Of a stretch of 32,352 nt of DNA, positions 7,625 through 16,057 are shown in pieces. The translations under genes were made by a program, and so were the position numbers. The DNA comes from a bacterium. GTDB taxonomy: Bacteria > Desulfobacterota > DSWW01. Within the stretch, counting starts at the first letter, position 1, and each line of letters opens with the position of its first letter. The stretch lies in contig JBFLZG010000148.1 in assembly GCA_040756235.1 (NCBI GenBank), positions 1 through 32,352 of the forward strand, written 5' to 3'. Under the pieces are notes generated by a model. That model searched no databases. It was not told the origin of the DNA and saw nothing but the letters and a program-made list of their open reading frames with translations.

Positions 7625-9589
7625 TCATTCTTCCCTGTGCAGGATGTCTCCGACGAACTGCAGCAGGCTCTCGGCGCACACCGGGCAGTAGCCTTTTTCC
7701 TGCAGCGCCTCCAGCGCGTCCTGCCGCCGCTTCATGGTCTTGGGGTCCTTCCTGGACTTGTCCGCGATGGTCAGGGAGACCACGTTCCTCAGATCGCCGA
7801 TCAGCTTCTTCTCGATCGCCTCCTGAAGGGGCGTGTACGAGGTGAAGTCGAACTCCCTGCCCTGATCGATGGCCACGCTCTTGAAGACGAAGATCCCCTG
7901 GCGGAACTCCTTCTTGGCGTTCTCGGAGACGCCCACCAGCTCCTCGATGCTCCGCATGAGCTTCTCGTCCGGCTCCTGCTCCTCTCCGGTCATGGGGTCC
8001 CGGATCTTCTTGCGCATGCAGAACGCGGTGGCGTTTTTCATGTAATTGTCGAACAGCGCCTGGGCCTGGTCCTCATAAGCGAACAGGAACGCCCGGTTCA
8101 CTTCCTTCTTGGCGATCTCCTTGTACTCGCTGAGGACGCTGTCCTTCTCGCCGACCAGGAGGTTCAGGTACTTTTCGCGCTCCTCGTCCGAGAAGCCGAT
8201 GTGGTGCTCGAAGTTGGCCCGCAGGGCGCGGATGGCATCCAGCGGGTTGACGCATTTCGCCGTCTCCTTTGCGCCCAGGACCACATTGAGCGCATTGACC
8301 ACGAACCGGGGGCTGACCCCCGACATCCCCTCCCCCTTCTTCTTCCCTTCCAGGCGAAGCTGCACCAGGTCCACCCGGTCCTTGTCCTTGTCGACGATCG
8401 GATCCCCGGCGTAGTACTTCATCTTCTTGATCGGGTTCGGGCAGATCTGACTGTCCGTGAGCCGGGTGAGAACGGCGAACTGGGCGACCGCGTTGAGCGT
8501 GTAGGGGGCCAGGTGCACGCCGCGAAACTCGCTGCGGTCGATCATCTTCTTGTAGATCTTCTCCTCCTCCGCGACCCGCAGATTGTACGGAACGAAGATC
8601 GGGTACATTCGATCGTGGAGCGCCTCGTTCTCCTTGACCGACTTGAACCTCTCGAACTCCGTCTGGTTGGTGTGGGAGATGATCACCTCGTCCACGTAGA
8701 TTTGCGGGAACCCGGGAGCCTTGAGCACCTGCTCCTGCGCGACCGTGATGAGGATATAATGGAACTTGATGTCGCACTTGAGGATCTCGATGTACTCCAT
8801 CAACCCCCTGTTGGCGATCTCCAGCTCACCGTCCAGGTTGTAGGCCCTGGGATCGGTCTCGCCGTACTGGGTGATCTTGGACAGGTCCACCCTCCCGATC
8901 AGCTCCGAAATGTCCTGGTTCTTGGGGTCCGAAGGCTGGAACGTGCCGATGCACGTCCGGTCCCTTTCGCTCGGCCGGATCTCGTGCACCGGGAACTGCT
9001 CCCACAGAATGTTTCCATCCTCGTCCCGATAGACGGGGTTCTCGAGGAGATTGAAGCGGCACATGGGGCAGAGGTCCCCCTCGATCTTCATGCCCAGGAC
9101 CTCCTCCCACTTGGGCCTCTGGTTCTTGGGCACGAGGTGCAGAGGCTCTTCGTGCATCGAACAGCCCTTGATCGCGTACATCGGAGTCTGGTCGGCTTCC
9201 AGGCCCCGTTTGAGCAGGGCCGCGATCGTGGACTTTCCGCTCGAGACCGGACCGACGAGAATCAGAATGCGCTTTCCTGTCTCGGTCCTCCGCGCACCGG
9301 CCTTGAAGAACTTCATGACGTCGTGGAGGGGCTCCTCCAGGCCGTAGAGCTCATCCTGGAAGAACCGGTAGCCCACGATGTCCTCGTAATCGGGAAGAGC
9401 AACCAGCCCTTCCAGGGGCTCGGTACCCATGTCCATGGCCATCTTGTAGAGCCTGCCCGGCGCAAGCTGCGCGATGGCCGGGTTCTCCTTGACGAGAACC
9501 ATGTACTCCAGACACGTACCCTCCCAGCGCGCCTTCCTTTCCTCTTTCCTCGACGCTTCGATGATCGATTTAAAATATTCACTGCGCAT
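7625..9589 (-). CDS. prkA: PrkA/YeaG family AAA+ 'serine protein kinase'
   Basis: Walker A GPVSSGKST, PSDPKNQDISEL, DPRAYNLDGELEIANRG and EGMSGVSPRF motifs. SD AAGGAG. Confidence 0.95.
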   Translation of the reverse strand: MRSEYFKSIIEASRKEERKARWEGTCLEYMVLVKENPAIAQLAPGRLYKMAMDMGTEPLEGLVALPDYEDIVGYRFFQDELYGLEEPLHDVMKFFKAGARRTETGKRILILVGPVSSGKSTIAALLKRGLEADQTPMYAIKGCSMHEEPLHLVPKNQRPKWEEVLGMKIEGDLCPMCRFNLLENPVYRDEDGNILWEQFPVHEIRPSERDRTCIGTFQPSDPKNQDISELIGRVDLSKITQYGETDPRAYNLDGELEIANRGLMEYIEILKCDIKFHYILITVAQEQVLKAPGFPQIYVDEVIISHTNQTEFERFKSVKENEALHDRMYPIFVPYNLRVAEEEKIYKKMIDRSEFRGVHLAPYTLNAVAQFAVLTRLTDSQICPNPIKKMKYYAGDPIVDKDKDRVDLVQLRLEGKKKGEGMSGVSPRFVVNALNVVLGAKETAKCVNPLDAIRALRANFEHHIGFSDEEREKYLNLLVGEKDSVLSEYKEIAKKEVNRAFLFAYEDQAQALFDNYMKNATAFCMRKKIRDPMTGEEQEPDEKLMRSIEELVGVSENAKKEFRQGIFVFKSVAIDQGREFDFTSYTPLQEAIEKKLIGDLRNVVSLTIADKSRKDPKTMKRRQDALEALQEKGYCPVCAESLLQFVGDILHREE

Positions 9590-10092
9590 GGCTGAGACTC
9601 CTTAGCGACTTTTTCTCGCAGGGGAAAGGGTCGCCATTGGTCCACCGCAGAGCGGCCCCGCTCCGTCGAGGCATTCTCTTTCTTCTCTTCTCCCGAAAAT
9701 TTAGACGTTGCTAAGCCATTCTGGGTTCAAGTAAACCGGGCCGCAAAGCCTCCTGCCGGCGAGCTCTGTGGTCCCCTTGACGGCAGCGGGAAAACGGCCG
9801 CTCCGCGTGGACCGGGACGATTGCAGAAGCCCGTCGGCTTTCAGATTCCAGCCGCCGCGTTCGAAGCCCCCTCGAGCCTTGTTCAGGCCTCAATCGAACG
9901 CCCGAACGATCCCCCCTGGAGCGGCGAGTCTGAGCGCGGTCGCGTTCCCGTGTGGCCGCAAGCAATCGCGCCAGACCCGCAGAAGAATGAAACGCCGGTT
10001 CTGATGCCAACCGATATCCCGCGCCGGTGGCGCAAGTCAGTTGGAAAATACCCAGGGGAGTTGCTCTTTATAGATGCGGTCAACCCGATTCA

Positions 10093-10101
10093 TGGTATAC
10101 T
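10093..10101 (+). promoter_or_regulatory. Candidate extended -10 promoter for the CMK-like/BON gene
   Basis: TGgTATACT about 140 nt upstream of the ATG. No good -35. Confidence 0.35.
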
Positions 10102-10242
10102 TCCCGCGCGGTGCAATTGCCGGAGCACTGCGGCGCCGATTGAATCTTTGAGCCGTTTCAGGGCCTTCGGCGAGCGGCCAGGGTGGTTCCGAGAGGCGGA
10201 AGTCCCGGCTCCGCGTGAGCGGATTCGAAAGGAGCGATCCCG

Positions 10243-11055
10243 ATGTCCATCATCACCATCTCCCGAGGGACCTTCAGCGGCGGTCAGGCAATCGCGGAGT
10301 ATCTCGCCAAGCGGCTGGATTACCCGTGCGTCAGCCGGGAGGTGATTCAGGACGCGGCCCGAGCGTCCGGAGACTCGCCTGAGGAGCTCGCCTCGGCGAT
10401 GAAGGAAGCACCGCCTTTCTGGCAGCAGGTCCCCACGAAGCGCATGCGGTACCTCAACTACGTCTGCTCTGCCCTTCTCGAGCGCGCCCAGGGCGGCAAG
10501 CTCATCTATCATGGCCACGCCGGACACTTGCTCCTGGTCGGGATCTCGCACGTGATCCGTGTCCGGGTCATCGCGGATCCGGAGTTTCGCATCGCGTCCG
10601 CCATGGAGCGGCACCGGCTCGGCCGCCCGGAGGCCATTGCTCACATCCACAAGATGGACGAAGAGCGCATCCGCTGGACGCGCTTCCTGTACGGCAAGGA
10701 ATGGCAGGACCCGGCGCTCTATGACGTGACCCTGAACCTCGAGCGCATGGGGATAGCCGCCGCGGGAGAGGTCGTTGCCCGCATGACCGAGCTCGAGGAA
10801 TTCCAGCCGACGGAGGAATCCCGGGCGGCCCTCGAGGACCTGCTGATCAGCACCCGCGTGTGGGCAGCGATCAACCGGGACGAGAGCACTCGAGGCGCGA
10901 ACGTGCGCGTCACCGCCCGTCGGGGCACGGTCACCGTTTCCGGCAGCGTCGGTTCCGAGAAGGCGCTGGAAGCCGTCCCGCTGGTCGCTCGGCGCGTGGC
11001 GGGAGTGAAGCAGGTCCGGTGCGAAGCGGGCATGGGCTCGGATTGGTACTGGTAA
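10243..11055 (+). CDS. Cytidylate kinase-like family protein with C-terminal BON domain
   Basis: IITISRGTFSGGQAIA (degenerate P-loop), IYHGHAGH, DPALYDVTLN. C-terminal VRVTARRGTVTVSG...ARRVAGVKQV is BON-like. SD AAGGAG. Confidence 0.85.
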   Translation: MSIITISRGTFSGGQAIAEYLAKRLDYPCVSREVIQDAARASGDSPEELASAMKEAPPFWQQVPTKRMRYLNYVCSALLERAQGGKLIYHGHAGHLLLVGISHVIRVRVIADPEFRIASAMERHRLGRPEAIAHIHKMDEERIRWTRFLYGKEWQDPALYDVTLNLERMGIAAAGEVVARMTELEEFQPTEESRAALEDLLISTRVWAAINRDESTRGANVRVTARRGTVTVSGSVGSEKALEAVPLVARRVAGVKQVRCEAGMGSDWYW

Positions 11056-11102
11056 AAATTACCTGCAAATCCATAATCATGAATCAGAAGCCAATACATC
11101 TA

Positions 11103-11131
11103 TTGACTCGGCGCCCGAGATTTGCGACAAT
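11103..11131 (+). promoter_or_regulatory. Sigma70-type promoter upstream of microprotein 1
   Basis: TTGACT-N17-GACAAT with an extended TGn and AT-rich upstream sequence. Confidence 0.6.
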
Positions 11132-11190
11132 TCCGCGAAATTTTGTACCTCATCGGTCCGCTCCGCCTCTCCCACTCGGAGGAGAAGACG

Positions 11191-11280
11191 ATGCAGGAAG
11201 CCCGATGGAATTGGCCTCTGATAGGAACTCTTCTTCTGAACCTGACAGTCTGGGCCAGCTTCATTCTTCTGGCCTTCTGA
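11191..11280 (+). CDS. 29-aa single-TM microprotein MQEARWNWPLIGTLLLNLTVWASFILLAF
   Basis: SD GGAGGAG 6 nt before the ATG, upstream promoter, hydrophobic helix, and a gap-free paralogue at 11401-11544. Confidence 0.7.
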   Translation: MQEARWNWPLIGTLLLNLTVWASFILLAF

Positions 11281-11400
11281 CCACCTCACCGCAGCCGACC
11301 GGCTCCTCGCGCCTTTCGGCCCCGTAGAGCGGACCGCAAACGCGGGTGTGCCCTCCCGCCGCTCCGATATCCTCGGAACGGGATGCAGCATCTAAGTTGC

Positions 11401-11544
11401 ATGAACCCTAACGCCCCTCTCGCTCTCCCCGTACCCGCTGCGGAGGAGGAAAAACCCTCTGCCGTTCGCCTGAACTGGCCTTTGGTCGGCGCGATCCTTT
11501 TCAGCCTTGCGTGCTGGATAGGGCTGGCCGTTCTTATCTTTTAG
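11401..11544 (+). CDS. 47-aa single-TM microprotein ending RLNWPLVGAILFSLACWIGLAVLIF
   Basis: Open frame from ATG to TAG. The last 25 residues align without gaps to microprotein 1. The start is uncertain because this ATG has no good SD. Confidence 0.55.
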   Translation: MNPNAPLALPVPAAEEEKPSAVRLNWPLVGAILFSLACWIGLAVLIF

Positions 11545-11632
11545 CCCTCGTCCAGCGCCCCTCTCCTTTTGCCATCCCGAGCCAGAACGGTACATAATGT
11601 CACGTCTCTCCCCAGCCAGTGGAGGATTGGAC

Positions 11633-13366
11633 ATGGACTGCGCACAGGTGCTGCTCGAAGGCATTCGCGGCATGGGAGGCAAACGGATCTATGGAGTCGT
11701 CGGCACCTCCAACGTCGCCTTCATGGACGCCCTCTACGACTACCAGTCCGACCTCCGCTACGTCTCGTGCAGGCACGAACAGGTGGCCGCGAGCATGGCC
11801 GACACCGAGGGCCGCCTGACCGGCACGCCGGGCGTCGCGCTGACCCATTCCGGGCCGGGCACGCTCAACGCGCTGATCTCCGTGGCGGCCGCCTGCAAAG
11901 ACTGCAGCCCCATGATCTGCCTGAGCGGCGCGGTCAAGCGCAAGCTTCGGGGAGGCGAGGGCATGCTGGAGGTCGACCACCTGCGCATCTTCGAGTCGCT
12001 CTGCAAAGGGGTGTTCCGCATCGACCACGCGGGAGACGCAGCGGCCGTGTTCTCCGAAGCCTATCGGCGGGCCGTCTCGGGCGCGCCCGGCCCGGTGCTC
12101 ATCGAGGTGCCGGAGGACGTCTGGAAAGAGCCCGCGGGTGAAAGCGCGCCCGCCTTCGATCTCAGGGCCGCTCCGAAGCCGGCTCCAAGCGGAGAGGACG
12201 TCCGCGCCTGCCTGGACCGCCTGAAGCAGGCGGCGCGGCCGCTCCTCGTCTCGGGAGGCGGCGTGGCCAGGGGGCAGTGTGCCGAAGAGATGCTGCGGTT
12301 CTGCGAAGCGCTGCAGGCGCCGGTGGTGACCACGGGCAACGGCCGGGGAACGGTGCCCGAAACCCATCCGCTCTGCCTGGGCAGGGTCGGCTTCGGCGGA
12401 GGCACTTCGGCCGCGGACCAGGCCCTGGCCAGGGCGGACGCGATCCTGGCGGTCGGATGCACCCTTTCGGACATGACGACCTACGAGTACACGTGGCCGC
12501 CCGGCGGCGAGGTCATGGTGGTCGACATCGATCCCCGGGCGCTCGGGTCCGGCCCCTGCAAGACCCGGCTGCGGATCCGCGCGGACGCAGCCCGGTTCCT
12601 GGGGCTTGCCTTGCAGGAAGTCGCCGGATACCGGCCTCCGTCCCGGGCCGAGTGGCTGGACCAGCTCGAGCCGGTCCGGCGAGAATGGCAGACGCAGCTC
12701 GACAACGCCGTGCTTTCGGACAAGGTGCCCCTCTCGCCCGGACGTGTCATCCATGAGCTGAGCCGGCTCTTGCAGCCGGAGCACATCGTCGCCGTGGGCG
12801 CGGGCATGCACCAGCTCTATCCCATGGCCTTCCTGCCCTGTGTGCGGCCGCTTTCCTTCCTGGCCTCCGTGAACTTCGGCGCCATGGGCTTCGGCTTTGC
12901 CGCATCCCTGGCCGCCAAGCTCGTCCATCCGCACAAACAGGTCGTCGCGGTGCTCGGAGACGGCGACTTCATGATGACCCTGCAGGACCTGGAAACCGCG
13001 GTCCGGGAGAAGATCCGGACCGTCGTACTGGTCGTGAACGACGGCATGTACCGGGTCCTCAACTTCCGGCAGAGGATCCAGCACCGGGGCAGGGTTCTCG
13101 GGACCTGTCACGGGAACCCTGATTTCGCCGGCCTCGCCAGGAGCTTCGGCGCCGCGGGCTGGCGCCTCGAGCGGCCCGCCGAGATTCGCCCGGTCCTGGG
13201 GGAGGCCCTGCAGGCGGACGTGCCCGCGGTGGTGGACGTGATCGTGGATCCGGACGACTTCCCGCCTTTCAACGTGGAGGCGGCCCTGCGCATGGGCATG
13301 GCAGGCACGCCGGGCGACGTGTCCGCAGATGCGCTGCGGGCCGGGTTGAGGGAGAGGAGGTCATGA
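11633..13366 (+). CDS. Thiamine pyrophosphate-binding protein (acetolactate synthase large subunit-like)
   Basis: RHEQ catalytic Glu, SGPG, PGPVLIEVPED, GAMGFG and the ThDP motif GDGDFMM...NDG. ATG at 11633 after the SD GGAGG. Confidence 0.9.
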   Translation: MDCAQVLLEGIRGMGGKRIYGVVGTSNVAFMDALYDYQSDLRYVSCRHEQVAASMADTEGRLTGTPGVALTHSGPGTLNALISVAAACKDCSPMICLSGAVKRKLRGGEGMLEVDHLRIFESLCKGVFRIDHAGDAAAVFSEAYRRAVSGAPGPVLIEVPEDVWKEPAGESAPAFDLRAAPKPAPSGEDVRACLDRLKQAARPLLVSGGGVARGQCAEEMLRFCEALQAPVVTTGNGRGTVPETHPLCLGRVGFGGGTSAADQALARADAILAVGCTLSDMTTYEYTWPPGGEVMVVDIDPRALGSGPCKTRLRIRADAARFLGLALQEVAGYRPPSRAEWLDQLEPVRREWQTQLDNAVLSDKVPLSPGRVIHELSRLLQPEHIVAVGAGMHQLYPMAFLPCVRPLSFLASVNFGAMGFGFAASLAAKLVHPHKQVVAVLGDGDFMMTLQDLETAVREKIRTVVLVVNDGMYRVLNFRQRIQHRGRVLGTCHGNPDFAGLARSFGAAGWRLERPAEIRPVLGEALQADVPAVVDVIVDPDDFPPFNVEAALRMGMAGTPGDVSADALRAGLRERRS

Positions 13367-13887
13367 TCATCAGGCCCCTCGAAGGCAAGACCCCTCGACT
13401 GGCTCCGGACGTGTTCATCGCGCCCGGCGCGGTCGTGATCGGAGACGTCACCATCGGCGCAGGCAGCAGCGTCTGGTTCCACACCGTGATCCGGGGCGAC
13501 GTGGGCAGCGTGACCATCGGGCGACGGACCAACGTCCAGGATCTGTGCATGCTTCACACCACCAAGGGGCACTCGGTGCTGGTGATCGGCGATGAGGTCA
13601 CGGTCGGCCACCGGGCCGTCCTGCACGGCTGCAAGGTCGAGGACCGCTGCCTGGTCGGCATCGGGGCCGTGGTGCTGGACAACGTCATCCTCGGCTCCGG
13701 GTCGGTCGTGGCAGCGGGCGCGGTCGTTCTGGAGGGAACCGTGGTCCCTCCCAACTCCCTGGTCACCGGGATGCCGGCCCGAGTGAAAAAGACCCTGGAC
13801 AGCGGCGAGCTCTATGATTTCTCCAGAAGCGCCCGTCACTACCAGGAGGTTTCCAGGACTTACAAGGCGCTGTTCGAGGGCCGCTGA
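13363..13887 (+). CDS. Gamma carbonic anhydrase family protein (YrdA/PaaY/CaiE-like)
   Basis: Hexapeptide repeats, IRGD, NVQD, Zn-ligand His in MLH and VGHRAVLHGC. ATGA overlap with the upstream gene. Confidence 0.92.
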   Translation: MIIRPLEGKTPRLAPDVFIAPGAVVIGDVTIGAGSSVWFHTVIRGDVGSVTIGRRTNVQDLCMLHTTKGHSVLVIGDEVTVGHRAVLHGCKVEDRCLVGIGAVVLDNVILGSGSVVAAGAVVLEGTVVPPNSLVTGMPARVKKTLDSGELYDFSRSARHYQEVSRTYKALFEGR

Positions 13888-13984
13888 AGAAGGGCCTCCT
13901 GCGCCGACCGCCCGGACCGGACGGGGTTCCCGAATCTTCGCACTTCCGGCGTGTTCGCGATCGGATCCAACGGAGCAGCGCACC

Positions 13985-14554
13985 ATGAGAGACCTCGAGA
14001 AGCTCAAGAAAAACCCGGTGCACACCCGGAAGATCACGATGACGACCTACTCGGTAGACGACGACAAGGTCCTCGTCGAGGGTGTGCTCCGGGACGACCG
14101 CCTCAAGCAAGCCTTCGGGCTGACATCCGGCGAGACCAGGCCTGCCGGAGTCATCCACGATCTCACCATCCGAATTCTGGTGGACGGCCGTGAGCTCCGG
14201 ATCGAGGAGGTGGAAGTGGATCTGGACCACGTGCCCCACGACGATTGCCGGGAGACGCAGGACAGTCTCCGAGCGCTGGTGGGCCGCAGGATCGAGCCCG
14301 GCTTTTCGATGTGGGTCCGGAACACCTTCGGCGGGCCGAGGGGCTGCGCCCACCTGAACGCCCTGCTTCTGGCCATGGCCTCGGCCGCCGTCCAGGGACT
14401 GTGGACACACTGGGCGAGCAGCTCCGTCTCCTCGGAGACCGTTCACAGCTGGGTCAGCGAGTCCCACTACCTCATCGACACCTGCCGGCCGTGGCGCAAA
14501 GACGGGCCCCGGGCGAGCAAACTGCGCGAGGCCTTCGGCCGCCGGACCACCTGA
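13985..14554 (+). CDS. DUF2889 domain-containing protein
   Basis: VHTRKI, IHDLTIRILVD, PHDDC, GGPRGCAHL and LIDTC motifs. ATG at 13985 after GGAG. Confidence 0.8.
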   Translation: MRDLEKLKKNPVHTRKITMTTYSVDDDKVLVEGVLRDDRLKQAFGLTSGETRPAGVIHDLTIRILVDGRELRIEEVEVDLDHVPHDDCRETQDSLRALVGRRIEPGFSMWVRNTFGGPRGCAHLNALLLAMASAAVQGLWTHWASSSVSSETVHSWVSESHYLIDTCRPWRKDGPRASKLREAFGRRTT

Positions 14555-14612
14555 GGCGGCCGGGCCGGCCGAGATCCCCTCCAAGAAGCAAGCACCGATC
14601 CGCACGGGCGCT

Positions 14613-16055
14613 TCATTTTTTCCAGAAGCTGACGAAGAGCAATACGAGGACGGTGGAGATCTCCAGCCGGCCCAGGAGCATGAGCAGGCTGAGCACCAGC
14701 TTGGCGAAGGAGGGCAGCGCGGCATAGTTGTCCATCGGGCCGACCGCCCCCAGGCCGGGACCGAGCGTGCTCAGGCAGGCAGCGGCGCCCGAGCCCGCCG
14801 TCACCAGGTCCAGACCCGCGGCGTTCAGCAGCAGCGAGCCGACGAACCATACGCCGAGATACAGGAGCGCGAAACCCAGGACGTCCTGCATCACGTCCTG
14901 CGGGATCGGGCGGCGGTCGAGCTTCAGTGCCTTGACCTGCCGCGGATGGACCAGGCGCACCATTTGCAGCAGGACATGTTTGAGCAAGAGGGCGAAGCGC
15001 ACCTGCTTCACCCCGCCGGCCGTGGACCCGGCGCAGCCGCCCACAAAGGCCGCGGCAAAGAGCATTGCCTGCGCCAGCACCGGCCATTTCTCCCAGTCCG
15101 CGGTCGCGAAGCCGGTGGTGCTCACGATCGAGACGATGTAGAAGGCCGAGTCGCGCAGGTTCAGCAGCGGGTTCTCGTACCCTCCCCAGTTGCTGGCCAC
15201 GGCGATCAGAATCGCGCCGGCCAGGAAACCCAGATACCAGCGGAGCTCGCCGTTGCTCCAGTACCTGCGGGGCTGGCCGCGCAGCGCGAAGTAGTGCAGA
15301 GAGAAATTCATCGCGCCCAGCGCCATGAGCACGATCGTCACGACCTGGCTGTAGGTCCCGAACGCCCCCAGGCTCGCGTTGCGGGTGGAAAATCCCCCGG
15401 ACGCGAGGGCGCAAAAGCAATGGCAGAGAGCGTCGAAGAAATCCATCTCTCCGAGCCAGAGGAGGGCGGTGCCCGCCGCGGTCAGCAGCGCGTACACGGC
15501 CCAGAGCAATCGAGCCGTGTCCTGGATCCGCGGAGTCAGTCGGTCTGCCGCCGGGCTCAAGCCGGCCGCCTCGGCCTCGTAGAGGTGCATGCCGCCCACG
15601 CTCAGGAGCGGCAGGATGGCCACGCCCAGCACGATCACCCCCATCCCTCCGATCCACTGGGTGAGGGCGCGCCAGAAGAGCACGCTCCTGGGGTTCGCCT
15701 CGACGTCCGTAAAGACCGAGGCCCCGCAGGTGGTGAAGCCCGACATCGACTCGAAAAACGCATCGACGGGATGGGGAAGGCTCCCGGAGAACAGGTACGG
15801 CAGGCTCCCGAATAGTGAAAAGCTGAGCCACCCGAAGGTGACGATGGCAAACCCTTCGCGCAGGGTGACCTCGTCGCGGCTGCGGAACCAGTGGAACAGG
15901 ACGCCCCCGGTCAGGGCCGTGAACGCCGCGGACAGCAGAAAAGTGACGAGCTGGCCGTCCCGATAGTACAGCGCGAAAGGAATGGGCGTGAGGAGCATCC
16001 CTCCCAGGAAGATCAGCAGACCGCCGAGCACGTGCAGGGTGAGACGAAGGTTCAT
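14613..16055 (-). CDS. trkH: TrkH family potassium uptake membrane protein
   Basis: FFESMSGFTTCG, QWIGGMG, GGFS, STTGF, GGCAGSTAGGVK, LGPG and GRLE motifs. Confidence 0.95.
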   Translation of the reverse strand: MNLRLTLHVLGGLLIFLGGMLLTPIPFALYYRDGQLVTFLLSAAFTALTGGVLFHWFRSRDEVTLREGFAIVTFGWLSFSLFGSLPYLFSGSLPHPVDAFFESMSGFTTCGASVFTDVEANPRSVLFWRALTQWIGGMGVIVLGVAILPLLSVGGMHLYEAEAAGLSPAADRLTPRIQDTARLLWAVYALLTAAGTALLWLGEMDFFDALCHCFCALASGGFSTRNASLGAFGTYSQVVTIVLMALGAMNFSLHYFALRGQPRRYWSNGELRWYLGFLAGAILIAVASNWGGYENPLLNLRDSAFYIVSIVSTTGFATADWEKWPVLAQAMLFAAAFVGGCAGSTAGGVKQVRFALLLKHVLLQMVRLVHPRQVKALKLDRRPIPQDVMQDVLGFALLYLGVWFVGSLLLNAAGLDLVTAGSGAAACLSTLGPGLGAVGPMDNYAALPSFAKLVLSLLMLLGRLEISTVLVLLFVSFWKK

Positions 16056-16057
16056 GT

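Noticed and set aside
4620..9595. Long plus-strand ORFs (571, 572 and 719 aa)
   Set aside because: Antisense shadows of spoVR, yeaH and prkA.
9590..10242. Short ORFs in the prkA / CMK-like divergent region
   Set aside because: No SD, motif or compositional support. Likely promoter DNA.
11327..11365. Stem with GCAAAC resembling a c-di-GMP-I riboswitch
   Set aside because: The two-stem GNRA/receptor architecture is not evident. An Rfam scan would be needed.
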